Positions 1 to 29,779 are shown, counted from the first letter of the stretch. The stretch: 64,000 nucleotides of DNA from Malacoraja senta (GCA_038087875.1 CM075981.1:72168001-72232000), one strand, 5' to 3'. The notes: generated from the letters alone by a model not told the origin. A program made the numbers and translations.

Positions 1-54
1 GTAAATCAATTCAACAAAAATCCAAACCGAAAAGAGAAAACAAAAACATTTCCT

Positions 55-358
55 TTACTTTAGAGATACAGCATGGAAACAGGCCCTTTGGCCCATCGAG
101 TCCTCGCTGACCAGCGATCACCCCCTACACTAGCACTATCCTACACACTAGGAACAATTTACAATTTTACCAAAGCCAATTATCCTATAAACCTGTACTT
201 CTTTGGACTGTGGCAAGAAACCGAAGCACCCGGAGAAAACCCACTTGGTCACACGGAGAACGTACAAACTCTATACAGACAGCACCCATAGTCAGGATCG
301 AACCTGAGTCTTTAGCGCTGTAAGGCAGCAACTCTACTGCTGCGCCACTGTGCCACCC
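55..358 (-). mobile_element. tRNA-derived V-SINE/HE1-like SINE
   Basis: A-box (TGGCGCAGCAG) and B-box (GGTTCGATCC) head, GTGGGTTTTCTCCGGGTGC core, CR1-like 3' tail. Related copies at ~2055-2330, 8345-8765, 11410-11520, 36203-36490 and 39400-39785 (-), and 38893-39160 and 60785-61090 (+). Confidence 0.8.
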
Positions 359-1172
359 TACAGAAATTTCTGTAGAGACTCCATAGCCTCAACATATTCC
401 AAAGTACATTCCAGCCAATTGAGTATTAATGAAGTGTAGTATCAAAAAGATAAGTCAAGTGCATTTGGGGTTATTGTTTTTAATTTGTTGAGAGAATTGA
501 AGTGTTTGAGACTTTTACTGCAGCAGCTGAAGAATACTCACCTCATGCTTGATTAAATTCATTAGTTCCCAGAGTGAGGTCTCCAACCCCAATCCAAATT
601 GAAAAGCTCTACTCCATATCAGCTCTGAGGAAACGTTACACTCATCTAATGAATGATGTACCTGCCCTGGGACAGTTTGATGGAACAAAAACCATCATGC
701 TCTTCTTGAATGGGAGAAAAGATTCAGATAGTACGTAGGGTGGTCACTCTATTTTAAATAAATAGAATATGCTGGAAAGAAAAACAGTCAATTTTCAGCT
801 CAAAGACCTTGAACTTTTGTTATTTATATTTTCTAGCATCTGCAGTTTCTAAAACTCTAATATTTACTCTATACCTTGTTTGATTACACCTGTTGCAGAA
901 TATTTCAGTATTATGGACATCTTGAAAATAATCTGTCCCATTGACTCAAGAGCTAACCTTCCACTGTAGAAACACGGAACTACAGATGCTGCTTTACAAA
1001 AAAAAATACAAAGTGCTGGAGCAACTCAGTGGGTCAGGCAGAGAACAAGTATAGGTGATGTTTCGGGTCGGGACCCTTCTTCTATTGTTGCACTGGTTGA
1101 GCCTTTGAACCAAACCAAATTCAATGCTTCTTCTGTACGTCACTGCCAATGGATTTTTCTGTATTTCCTCAG

Positions 1173-16561
<15,389 letters not shown>

Positions 16562-18577
16562 AGCAAGCTAATTTTAAGAGTATACGATTCAGACGCTCCA
16601 AAATGCATCAAATGTTGGAGTCATGGTTTGTAAATGTGACATTGAAGTTGTTTCAGACATCCTCAACATCTCGCCCAAAAGGGAGGGCAAAAGACAATTT
16701 GACCCAGTCCCAGTGCAATTTGACCCAGTGTGAAGCAATATTGTCGAGGTGCACGGACAAGAGGACAATATCTTGCTCCAGAATCATGCAGGGAAATAAT
16801 GATCCATTGCACAGGGATGATCGAGTGCAGTGGGGATAATATTGATCCATTGGTGTGGAGGTGATCCAGTGGTATGGCAGTGATAGGAATCCAGTGTAAT
16901 CGGGAACAAAACTGATCCAGTGCCAAGGTGGGGGGTGGGAAGGAAATGCAGTATTTATCCACTGCTATAGCATCTCACTGTCATCATTGTGAAAATAATG
17001 TAGTAGCTCCTAATCTCTTGCAGTTTTGAATACAATCTGGAGCTCCTTACCACTGTGTAGGCAGCCATTAGGGTGATGTAACTCCAATTTATTCCTATAG
17101 AATAGAAAATCAATGTTAAGTGTGTTTTTTTTTAAATGAAATTCAGTGACTTCTGTCTATTGCAGAGAAATGTGAAAAAATTGTGATAACTTGGTCCAAA
17201 ATTGTCAGATTTTTGTAATTGTAATTTTGTAAATGTTTAAAAGAATTATTCAAATGAAACTTTTTTTGGTCCTGTTGTGATTTTAAGCCAAGATCCTACC
17301 TCTGCATTCAGGTTGTTAAAAGTGCGTTGACTATAGGTGTAGCACAGTGCTTCTCCACACTCCTGCACACCAGTCCACATTTACCAATACCATATAATTT
17401 AACTGCTTCATTTTACTGTGAGCTGACTGGCTACATTTGTCCGAATCACAGCTATTGATTACATTCCCAACTAATTCAAAACGCACAAAGTCCCATCTAT
17501 AATTGCAAATTACCTGGGTTAAAGAACTGAGCAAATTAATGTGACCAGCAAGATTAACGTGAATGGACATTCAAGCTAGATTTTTAATCTATCTGATTCT
17601 GAACTAGAGATGAGTTGGAGGCACTCCAAAACAAAAAAAGATGGGGAAATAGTTTTTGCCATCAGAATGGGGTTGGTTTAACTGATAACGCAAAGAAATG
17701 CATAACCAAGTAAGGTAGAGCAAGAAAATTTACAGAAATTGCTTCTAAAAATGAGAACAATGTAAACTCCACGTGTGATGATAAGGATGAAGGTTGTTGG
17801 AAGGATAGCAGACTATTAATGCTTATAAAAGTCAAGAAGCTGCAGAAGCTGGAAATCTGAATCAAAGCAGAAAATGCTGAAAACGCACAGCATGTCAGCA
17901 GCATCTGTGGAAAGAGAAACGCCGGTTAAGGTTTCAGGTCAAACGCACTTTGTCAGAGCTCAGATACTTTGGTGTAGTCTACACAGATTTCTGTGTGGCT
18001 TTTGAAACCACAAGACAAGCTGGTCAAAAATATAAAGCACAAGGAAGTGCAAGAGAGTGTGGCAAATTGAAATCAAATTTGCCAGCATGTAATGGCTAAG
18101 GTTGAGGGATTGTTTTTTTCAGCTAGAAGAACATTTTCAGTGCAGTTCCACTGGGATCAGTGCCCCAGGTTGCTTGCTGTCTGTAGTATATACATTCATG
18201 ACACAGATGATTGAATATTGATACTGGTTGGGGGTTTGGCAATGGGTGACGAATGATAAAGAAATTTACAGATGACAAAAAATTACTTGCAGTTGGTCAT
18301 GACAAAAGAAAGCTTTATATATGACAATAAAACACCCTCAACTTATAATACATTAGAAAGGGAGGGAAATAAAGATTTAATTGGGGTGTATACAATTATT
18401 GATAAGCCTAAAATTAAATCGGAGAGATTACTTCCCATCACATTTTTTTCAGAGGGCAGTGGAGGACTGGAACACAGTTTGAAAAGGCTGGAAAAGCAAA
18501 AACCACAATAACATTAAAAATTCACGAGGCTGTTTGAAGTGTGTGCGGACGTGGCAAATGGTAAAAATATATTTAGC

Positions 18578-18583
18578 TTTATT
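18578..18583 (-). terminator. Candidate TSR3 polyadenylation signal AATAAA
   Basis: TTTATT on the + strand, about 1.7 kb downstream of the TSR3 stop. Confidence 0.4.
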
Positions 18584-20300
18584 CAAACTCTCCATTGCAA
18601 ATGTAAAGTACAAACACTCCAATGCGTGCATAACATTCAGCCCAACAAAGCATCAGTCTCAGTCAGCCTTGTTCTCCAAATCCTACATCCAAGGGTCCTG
18701 TTTTCTGAGTGTTCGCTCCAGATTCTCACTGCAATCCAGTTCTGTGATTCTAGGATCTGGTAGGGAGTTAAATCCTGCTTTCAAGAACCAACTATTCTGC
18801 CAGTTGTTGAGGCCCTGAATTCCATGGAAGATGTTTCAGAGAAGAGGCATTGTTTCTTAACTCTCTGCAACTAGATGACCGCTGTCTTCTTGTTTTCAAC
18901 TTAATAGTCCTCTGGGATCTTGAGTTCCAGCAAAGCTCGGCGACCTCACGATGGGAATGTTACTTTGCAGCGTCATTGCTTAATCTCTTTAAAATCTAGT
19001 CTTAATCTATAGTTCTGTTTATTTCACTGTTTAATTGCCAACGATGACTTCTCAAAACCTTCAAATGTTTATTCAAACTGAGATACTGTCCACTCTTTGT
19101 CGCTGCATGGTTGTTTTTAAGTAGTAACAAGGAACTGCAGATGCTGGTTTACACAAAAGGACATAAAGTGCTGGAGTTACTTCAGCGGGTCAGGAGCATC
19201 TCCGTTTGAATGACGTTTCGGGTTGGACCCTTCTTTAGCCTTGATGGTTTTTAACTTTTGACTGCTACACTATAGACCTCAGACATCATAATGAAAGGAG
19301 ACATTACGATGCTTTCTGTTTTTTTGATCACCAGAGACATGATGAGCTGAATAGTCTCTTTTAATCTCAAATGTTCATAACAAATTGATTCTCCACGTGT
19401 ATGTTGGGACCACAGCCATTCACCTCATTAAGCCACCATATGTTCAGGTTTGCCGAGATACAGACAGCATTGAAAGTAGTGTTGAAGGCAGCATTAAATT
19501 ATAATAACGTATCAATAAAGTGAATGAACAACTGTAACAAATGCATCCCAGTATAGAAGGCTGCTGATTTGGATCCCCCAAAAACAAAGCAGTATTTTCT
19601 AAATGACTAGAAATATTAGAGGTCTGTAGATTGTTATGGGTGCATGAAAACTGTTTCTTAATATCCTGTGTTAAAATAACAGCTACAGAAGTTAATGAAA
19701 ACAACCCATGAAATGCAGGTCTTTATACTTGGGAGATAAAATTATACAGGGAGATAAAATTATCCTCCAGCTTTACTGTGTACCATGTATTTGCATAAAA
19801 TTCTGTTGTGGAGCAAGTGCAGGGTTAATGTACCAGGACTAAGTTCTAAATCAGAGAGAAATTACAGAAACTAGGTACGTATTCTCTGGAATTCAGAAGG
19901 TTAAAGGGTGTTTTGAGCTTTAAAACATGACTACAAATTGGGCCAAGGTTATTCAAGACTATACTCGGAAATACATCTGCACCCATGATAGAAATTTGGA
20001 ATCCATAAATGCAAAAAGAAAGTGAGCTTTAAAAGAAAAGCAGATCACTGTAAACTCAGTGATCAGTAGATTAGGTTTGAGGGGCTAAATGGGCTTATTA
20101 TTCGTTGCATTGTGTAAGATACTGCAAAACGGCAAGCCCTTCTATTTGACCAAAAAAGCAATGCTCTATATAGAACCCAGCTATTAGTTATAAATAACTA
20201 TTTGGAACAGATTTAGAAAAGTTCTTTTTTAAGAAGTTGTCAAAACAGGGAGGAAGCCTCCAGCCAACTCTTGCAGAGTTCTTCACCATTACATTCACCC

Positions 20301-23300
20301 TCAGCTTTCTGCAATACCCGTCGTCTTTCCAGCAAGTTGCTCCTCCTCACTGCAGCCGGTTTGCTCTTCATGTTCACTGCAAACCTCTGCTTCATTTCCT
20401 TCATCTGGTTTACTATCTTTGTCTTCTTCCTCAGAATCTTCATCACTTCCTTCTTCAAACTCTACAGCTCTTAAATGACATTAAGGGAAAGATGTAAGGG
20501 AATGCAGCAAAGTTTTCTCAATTGTATCTGTACACTGTGGATGGCTCGATTGTAACCATGTATTATCTTTCCACTGACTGGTTAACAGGTGTACCTCGGT
20601 ACAGGTGATAAGCTAAACTCAACTCAATTCCTATGGGATTACAAATTAACAGGGGCCTTCACATAGCACTCAGTATTGCCTTGGGAAGTCACTCCCATTT
20701 CTGGAAACAAGTTCCTTTGACTAGACACAAGGTCAAGTACTATCTGCATCCACATGGCCCTCTTGAGATTCATAAGCAGAGAAACAAGTAGAGTTCAAGG
20801 ATAGATGCTCAAGGGATGCCATCAATAACAGTGCAGGTAGGACAGAAGCATTTTGATAGAATTTGATAAAATTATCCCCCAAGCAGAAGCCTCGGATGAA
20901 CCAGGAGATTTATAATCTGCTGAAGGCTAGATCTGTGCCATTTTGCACTGGGGATCCAGAGTCATATAAGTCGTCCAGTAATGACCTCTTAAGGAGGTTG
21001 TGAGCATAAAGAGACAATACTAGACCAAGCGTGAATCACTCACGAACACTCAACGGTTGAGGCTGGGCTTGAAAGTTATTATTTTCTACAAGGTAAAACT
21101 ACGTAGCATAAATGGCATCACTTCTAATTGAGCCAAATAGTTTTTATGTGTTGAAATGGAGAATGATAAAGCACCTACACAAGCCCCCAACAACCTTGCG
21201 ATCTCAGTCTCTGAGGCCAATTTCAGAACATCATTCATTGGGGGTGAATCCACACAAAATGTCTGGCCCAGACGACATATCGTCCCGATTGCTAAAGACC
21301 TATGTGGACCAACTGACTGGAGTATTCGAGGACCATCTTCAACCTCTTGCTTCTGGTGTCTGAGGTTCCCACCTCATTTAAAAGGGCCTCTCACACTGGT
21401 ACCCAATAAATGCAAGTTGACTGCCTTAATGGCCACTGTCCCGTGGCACGTATATGTATCATAATGAAGAGCTTAGAGTTTGGTTATGCCGCAAAACAAC
21501 TTCTGCTTCACAAATGACTTGGATCCACCAATATGCCTAGATCTACAGCAGATGCTATTTCACTGGCTCTCCACTCTGCTTTGGGCCATCTGGATAACAG
21601 GGACATAGACACAATGATTGATTACAGCTCAATGTTCAATATGTTCATCCCCTCCAAACTCATCACCAAGCTCCAGGACTTGGCCTCCATACCTCCCTTT
21701 GCAACTGGATCCTTGACTTCCTCATGACAGACCTCGATCAGTGAGTATCGGTAACATCTCCAGGGTGACCAAGGCTGGGAGCTGAACATCCAGGGATATT
21801 CAATATTCAGGAGGGATAGACAGAAATGAAAAGGAGGTGGGGTAGCGTTGCTGGTTAGAGAGGAGATTAACGCAATGGAAAGGAAGGATATTAGCTTGGA
21901 GGATGTGGAATCGATATGGGTAGAGCTACGAAACACTAAGGGGCAGAAAACGCTAGAGGGTGTTGTGTACAGGCCACCTAACAGTAGTAGTGGAGTTGGG
22001 GATGGCATCAAACAGGAAATTAGAAATGCGTGCAACAAAGGTAAAACAGTTATAATGGGTGACTTCAATCTACATATAGATTGGGTGAATCAAATTGGCA
22101 GGGGTGCTGAGGAAGAGGATTTCTTGGAATGTATGCGGCATAGTTTTCTAAACCAACATGTAGAGGAACCAACGAGAGAGCAGGCTATTCTAGACTGGGT
22201 ATTGAATAATGAGGAAGGGTTAGTTAGCAGTCTTGTTGTGCGTGGCCCCTTGGGCAAGAGTGACCATAATATGGTTGAGTTCTTCATTAGGATGGAGAGT
22301 GACATTGTTAATTCAGAAACAAGGGTTCTGAACTTAAAGAAAGGTAACTTTGAGGGTATGAAACGTGAATTGGCCAAGATTGACTGGAAATTGATTCTTA
22401 AAGGGTTGACGGTGGATATGCAATGGAAGGCATTTAAAGACTGCATGGATGAACTACAAAAAAATTTCATCCCAGTTTGGCAAAAGAATAAATCAGGGAA
22501 GGTAGTGCATCCGTGGATAACAAGGGAAATCAGGGATAGTATCAAAACAAAAGATGAAGCGTACAAATTAGCCAGAAAAAGCAGCCTACCAGAGGACTGG
22601 GAGAAATTCAGAGTCCAGCAGAGGAGGACAAAGGGCTTAATTAGGAAAGGGAAAATAGATTATGAAAGAAAACTGGCAGGGAACATAAAAACTGACTGCA
22701 AAAGTTTTTATAGATTGTGAAGAGAAAGAGATTAGTTAAAACAAATGTAGGTCCCTTGCAGTCAGAAACAGGTGAATTGATCATGGGGAACAAGGACATG
22801 GCAGATCAATTGAACAACTACTTTGGTTCTGTCTTCACTAAGGAAGACATACATAATCTGCCGGAAATAGCAGGGGACCGCGGGTCAAATGAGATAGAGG
22901 AACTGAGTGAAATCCAGGTTAGCCGGGAAGTGGTGTTAGGTAAATTGAATGGATTAAAGGCCGATAAATCCCCAGGGCCAGATAGGCTGCATCCCAGAGT
23001 AATTAAGGAAGTAGCCCCAGAAATAGTGGATGCATTAGTGATAATTTTTCAAAACTCCTTAGATTCTGGAGTAATTCCTGAGGATTGGAGGGTGGCAAAT
23101 TTTAAAAAGGGAGGGAGAGAGAAAACGGGGAATTACAGACCAGTCTAACATCGGTAGTGGGGAAACTGCTAGAGTCAGTTATTAAAGATGGGATAGCAGC
23201 ACATTTGGAAAGTGGTGAAATCATTGGACAAAGTCAGCATGGATTTACGAAAGGTAAATCATGTCTGACGAATCTTATAGAATTTTTCGAGGATGTAACT

Positions 23301-26300
23301 AGTAGAGTGGATAAGGGAGAACCAGTGGATGTGTTATATCTGGACTTTCAGAAGGCTTTCGACAAGGTCCCACATAAGAGATTAGTATACAAACTTAAAG
23401 CACACGGTATTGGGGGTTCAGTGTTGATGTGGATAGAGAACTGGCTGGCAAACAGGAAGCAAAGAGTAGGAGTAAACGGGTCCTTTTCACAATGGCAGGC
23501 AGTGACTAGTGGGGTACCGCAAGGCTCAGTGCTGGGACCCCACCTATTTACAATATATATTAATGATTTGGACGAGGGAATTCAATGCAACATCTCCAAG
23601 TTTGCGGATGACACGAAGCTGGAGGGCATTGTTAGCTGTGAGGAGGATGCTAGGAGGCTGCAAGGTGACTTGGATAGGCTGGGTGAGTGGGCAAATGCAT
23701 GGCAGATGCAGTATAATGTGGATAAATGTGAGGTTATCCACTTTGGTGGCAAAAACAGGAAAGTAGACTATTATCTAAATGGTGGCCGATTAGGAAAAGG
23801 GGAGATGCAACGAGACCTGGGTGTCATGGTACACCAGTCATTGAAAGTAGGCATGCAGGTGCAGCAGGCAGTGAAGAAAGCGAATGGTATGTTAGCATTC
23901 ATAGCAAAAGAATTTGAGTATAGGAGCAGGGAGGTTCTACTGCAGTTGTACAGGGTCTTGGTGAGACCACACCTGGAGTATTGCGTACAGTTTTGGTCTC
24001 CAAATCTGAGGAAAGACATTCTTGCCATAGAGGGAGTACAGAGAAGGTTCACCAGATTGATTCCTGGGATGTCAGGACTTTCATATGAAGAAAGACTGGA
24101 TAGACTCGGCTTGTACTCGCTAGAATTTAGAAGATTGAGGGGGGATCTTATAGAAACTTACAAAATTCTTAAGGGGTGGACAGGCTAGATGCAGGAAGAT
24201 TGTTCCCGATGTTGGGGAAGTCCAGGACAAGGGGTCACAGTTTAAGGATTAAGGGGAAATCCTTTAGGACTGAGATGAGAAAAACATTTTTCACACAGAG
24301 AGTGGTGAATCTCTGGAACTCTCTGCCACAGAAGGTAGTTGAGGCCAGTTCATTGGCTATATTTAAGAGGGAGTTAGATGTGGCCCTTTTGGCTAAAGGG
24401 ATCAGGGGGTATGGAGAGAAGGCAGGTACAGGATACTGAGTTGGATGATCAGCCATGATCATATTGAATGGCGGTGCAGGCTCGAAGGGCCGAATGGCCT
24501 ACTCCTGCACCTATTTTCTATGTTTCTATGTTTCTATCTCCTCAGTGACCAGGAACTTGAATTGACCTGCGAAACTCTAATTCTACCTCAGTTATAGATC
24601 ACTATGGACTACCATGGGGTTGTTTCCTAATTTTGCTTTTGCAATAATCTCTTGTTTTTTGTGCAATCTTTTACTTCTCGCTGTCTTGGATAATTTATAC
24701 ACAATCTCTATTTCTGTGTGTTGTCCAATGCTGCTACCTGTGCATGACAATAAATACATGCGACCTATTTCTGATGTAATTACCCACTCTGCCCCACACA
24801 ATGGAATTTTCTCCTTGGTACCATCCACCTCTCTTCGACCATAAAGCTAGAATTGCTTCTCTCCCATCAGTAATTAAACACCAGGATGCATTGTCTTACA
24901 TTAAAGCTGCTCTAATTGACTTTGTAAACAATAAAGGCACTTAGGTGCAACAGGATACTAAGGTATTACAACCCAGGGAACTATCAAAACACGTTGGTGG
25001 TATTGAAGGGCTAAGAGTTTCCGTAGGTAGACGTGAACATGGTTTAGCTTTCCCAACATCAAACCAGACAAAATATGACAACTTAGAATGTGTGTGCATG
25101 CTTTGCCCTTACCTTCCAAGGTGCGGCTTATTAAGATTACAGAACTCTTTTCCTGAATCGACATCAAATGGATCTGCAAAAGAAAAACTGCTTTAATAAT
25201 GGAACATATCTTCCAGTTACTTTACATTCATTCAACTTTCTCTTGAAGGTGCAAACTCTCACTAGGATTCACTGGTGCCCCAAGGGAAGGAGCACAGTTG
25301 ATGGTCACCATCTAGAAGCTACTGCTGAAACATGACCAAGCTTGTATGTTCTGTCAATACTCAGGACCACAGAGGCTGCACCTACATAAAGCAGAGAAAG
25401 CAAGAATTTTTACCTTCCAGTTCTTCTGGCTCTTCCTTTGCAGAAAGCCACTCCTCCTCAGCTTGATGGACCTCTGCCTCATTCTGGCATGCACTATACT
25501 TCTCCAGTGCTTCTTGGTTCAGTTCCAAGAACGTTTTCCCCCATTTGAATTTCTCTAGTAGAATCTCAGCCAGTTCTGGAAAACCTGCAAGAACCAAACA
25601 TCGTGACAAAGACAGATCAATCTTCCCCCCAAATTTCAGTGTCCTAGACCCATCTTTATATTCCCGTAACGTACCAACTCTTATATTCGCCCACTCCCAT
25701 ACCAGGACCCCTTGTTCAACCTCCAGTTACTGTGTCCCACAACTTTCCATTTACTTTAGAAAACACCACCAGCCATCTCCTCCACACCCAGGCCCCTTCA
25801 TTCCCACCCATTATGCCCTGCTCCAATATTCTACCCTCATTCCTCCATCATCTGTACTTCTTTCTACCTGCTTCCTGAGCACTGCATCCAATCTGTACAC
25901 AAACACAAACTTGGATCAGTCTAGAGGGAGCAGATTGCATCTGTAGAAAGGACATATCTCAAACATGGTCCAGACTGTTCCTCCAACTTACCCACAATGG
26001 CGAACGTGGCTGCAAATGCCTCAACACAGGAAAGCTTGCAGGGTCGCCCATAATTGACTGGATTAGCAGCAATGAGGTGGGGCAGCAGCCGGGGATGTCT
26101 GCCCTTCATCTTTGAGAACGGAGTGTCCGCTAATTTAGCCCAGGAACAATCAATGACAGCCACACCTCGTTGCTCCACGATCTCTCTGGAGAGGTAGAAA
26201 GTGCAGATTGAGGGTCTTAATTTGAATTTGAACTAAACATTGAGGACCAACTCAAATGGAATTCAAAAGTAAAACATTACATGAACTGGAACTCTGAAAA

Positions 26301-27900
26301 GCAGACATTCAGGAAATATCTATGGAGGGGGAAAAACAAAGTTACAGCTTCAGGTGGATATAAGAGCTATAGGCACAAAGGGGAGAGAGATATGGGGGGA
26401 GTGCAGGAATGTGATAAAGAGATAGAGGATCAGCCATGAAGGTACTCAACAGCGCAGTCTCAAAAAGGTCAGGTGACCAACTCCTTCTACGTTTCAATGT
26501 TCACACTTCATACATCATCAATGGAATAATCCCAGCGAGCTGTGATCTGACAAAAGGGAAACAGGACTCGCAAGATTTAATTCCACTACCATTTACAAGT
26601 TGTATAGCAGGCAAAACTCGCAGACTTTTGCAGCAGGGCGAGAGGAGAAATGCCCTATACCATTGCTCCACCCAAATTAACCGCTCAAGACCTGACATGG
26701 TAAAACAATACAATCACAAGAAGCGAATTGTAATTCCATTCCGACTGCAGCATTGCCCAATGACCATGGCACTGATTGACCTTCAATGGATAAGCAGTAG
26801 GCACAAACATTTTGTTAATCGATCTTATATTATTAAACATTTGTTTCATTTACCTGTCAGATGGGGAGACGTATTTTGTTCCTAAAGGAGTGAGAATGAT
26901 TCCATTGAATCTCTCGTTGATACGCATATTGCGGACAAACCCTTTGCGAACAAGTTTCCTGCCTGTGCATCTTTTTGGATCACAATGCCCAAGTTCCCAC
27001 ATGGCCAGCGGGCACGGGAAGTGGAATTTGGGGCATGTTACATCCTCAGATGGCCCATCACCAACAGCTGAAAATCAACCACACCCGCAGGTCAAAGACC
27101 AAACACCAGACACACACAAAATTAACACATGCATTGCCACCATTATCAACAAAGGACAAATTTGAAAATCAAAGCAGAGTAGGGTTAACTATTCAGCCTG
27201 ATTGCCTTCTGGTGCTTTACTAAGAAAGGATGCAGAAAATGAACTACTCTTCACTATAACACGCGTTTATCAGTGAAATCAAAACATAGAAATTGAAGGA
27301 AGATTCACTGCCTAAGGTATTGGTTGGGGCAATTAGGGACTCTACTTAAATGTAGAGTCAGGCAATGCAGAAGCTAGAACACTGCATTATCATGCTCAAT
27401 CACACACAAGATGCAAAGGGCTAAAACTAAGGGCAACAGTATTCCCAACCAAGTTTTGATCCTTACGGTGACACAGCAGTTGTTGCCCTACAGCGTCAGA
27501 GACCCAGGTTCGATCCTGACTATGGGTACTGTCTGCACAGAGTTTGTACATTCCCCCCGTGACCTGTGTGGGTTTTCTCTGGGATCTCCAGTTTTCTCTG
27601 ACCCGTACAGGTTTGTAGGTTAATTGGCTTGGTATAATTGTAAATTAGCCCTAGTGTGTAGGATAGTGTCAGTGTGTGGGGATCGTTGGTCGGTGCGGAC
27701 TCGGTGGCCGAAGGGCCTGTTTCCGTGCTGTATCTCTAAACCAAAACTAAACTAAAGTTATGACATGGTAACGCACCTTGCAGAGCATCATGAAGATCCT
27801 CTCCAAATGTCTCAAAGGATTGGCGCTTCTCTCTGTGATGGGCAACTTTCCATTTTGGACCAGCACGCTCTTTCTTCTGAAACTGTTTCTTCCGCCCCAT
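20301..27900 (-). CDS. TSR3: 18S rRNA aminocarboxypropyltransferase TSR3, complete, 310 aa
   Basis: Coding exons 27900-27777 (MGRKKQ..), 27067-26854 ([19 protein letters not shown]), 26185-25992 ([37 protein letters not shown]), 25584-25414 ([11 protein letters not shown]), 25173-25113 ([11 protein letters not shown]), 20469-20301 (acidic tail, TGA). 933 nt in total and the phases match. Confidence 0.96.
20790..21755 (+). mobile_element. Older decayed Rex/Babar-like LINE RT fragment, interrupted by the CR1
   Basis: Remnants [38 protein letters not shown] and GPDD; many stops. Confidence 0.7.
21762..24535 (+). mobile_element. CR1-clade LINE, 5'-truncated ORF2 (APE endonuclease + RT) with few disablements; antisense within a TSR3 intron
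   Basis: Motifs [37 protein letters not shown] and KFADD. 3' tail (TTTCTATG)n. ATCTCC flanks both ends (21756-21761, 24536-24541). Confidence 0.95.
27466..27756 (+). mobile_element. V-SINE/HE1-like SINE
   Basis: B-box GGTTCGATCC, same core as 55-358, (CTAAA)n tail. Confidence 0.8.
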
Positions 27901-28639
27901 CTGAACAAGAATGCCAGCAATGGAATTGAAGGTGTTGACAGTTCAATCGATGGCAACTGACTCAAGATTTCATGAAATAAAAACACGATAAATAAAAGCA
28001 GAAATTAGGCACATGTAACACCATGGATAAAATTACATCTGTATCACTTTGTGCACTAACACTGTGTCCTATTGTTCTCTTAATATCTAAACATCTATTG
28101 ATCTTACTTGAATGTAGAGTCATACAATACAGATGCAGGCTGTTCACCCTGTGTCCATGTTGACAATGAATTATCAATACTCTTCCCATTTTCCAGCACT
28201 TGGCCCATAACCTTCAATGCAATGGTACTTCAAACACTCTTCTAAATACATCTTAAAAGTTAGAGTAATTACCCCTACCAATACCTCAGGCAGTGAATTT
28301 CAAATTTCAACCATCTCTGGGCGAAAACAAAAATCTTCCTCAAATTTACTTTAAATCCCATACCCTTTACCTTAAGGTTGTTATAAACCTCACTGCTAAG
28401 AGAAAAAGGTCTCGCTGCCTATTCTATCTATTCTGTTCGGGTCGAGTAGAGAACTCCAAAGGCACATCACGACCACTGCAACGACCCTTTGGGTGTCTCA
28501 GGGCCCTGCTGCCCATGTTGCCCTGCAGCAACCACATGCTACACTACTCGCTCCATGGTTGCCTACCTTTACTTTACTAATTTACAACCGCGCGGAAACT
28601 TTTACCACAGCAACGCCAAACTAAAACCCTTGAAACCGA

Positions 28640-29673
28640 TCAAAATGCTGAAGTAACTCAGCGGGTCAGGCAGCATCTCTGGAGAGAAGGAAAGGGTGAT
28701 GTTTCGGGATGAAACCCTTCTTCAGATTGAGAGTCAGGGAAGAGGGAGACTAGAGATATGGAAGGGAAAGGTGTGAAAATGAGATCAAAGCAGACAATGA
28801 TGTAGCATGGTTCATTGTTGGCTGAGGGGGAGGGGACTACGAGGCATACAATCAGTAAAATTAATCCAGAGGACAATGAAACTAGTCGGAGAACTAGGGT
28901 GGGGGAGGGAAGGAGAGTGAGAGGGGATGTAAGGGATACGAAGTTAGAGAAATCAATATTCATTCCGCTGGATTGTAAGCTGCCCATGCTAAATTTGAGG
29001 TGCTGTTCCTCCAATTTGTGTTGGGTAGATAGGGATGAGTTAACCAGGGAGTTGCGTGGGGAATGGTCTCAGTGGAAAGGGGTGGAGATGGGAAGATGTG
29101 GCTAGTGGTGGGATCTTGCTAGAGGTGGCAAAACTATCGGAGGAATATGTGCTGCATGCGACGGCTGATGGGGTGAAAGGTGAGGACATGGGGGACTCTG
29201 TGTCCCTGTTGTGATGGGGGGAGGGGGAGCAAGAGCTTAGCTGCGGGATACCGAGGAGATCCGTCTGAGGGATTCATCTATATTGGGGGAGGGGAACCCT
29301 CGTTCCCCAAAGAACGAGGATGTCCTCGTTTGGAACACCTCATCTTGGGATAGACAGAGGAACTGGGAGTAGGGGATAGAATCTTTGCAGGAGGCAGGGT
29401 GGGAATAAGTGTTGTCTCGATAACTGTGGGAGTCAGTAGATTTATAATAGACGTCCGGCAATAGTCTATCTCCTGTGATGGAGACGGTGAAATCACGAAA
29501 CAGAAGGGAGATGGTTCAAGTGAATTTTTAGTACAGGACGGAAATTGCTAGTGAAGTTGATGAAGTCCGCGAGTTCTGCATGGGAGCAGGAGGTAGCACC
29601 GATGCAGTCGTCAATGTAAAGGAGATAGAGTTGGGGGTAGGGGCAGTGTACGCCTGGAACAACAGGGATTGTT
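28640..29673 (-). mobile_element. Penelope-like element fragment (RT C-terminal part, endonuclease tail, pLTR)
   Basis: Motifs YIDDCIG, DVYYKSTDSHSY, SHPASCKDSIPYSQFL, EEQHLKF..GMNIDFSNF; terminal repeat at 28640-28730. Confidence 0.85.
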
Positions 29674-29779
29674 GGTGTCTCAGGGCCCTGCAGCAACCAC
29701 ACTCCTTTACTTTACTTGGCCGATTTGCAGCCGTGGGGAAAGTTTTACCACAGCAAGGCCAAACTAAAGCTCCCCTTGC

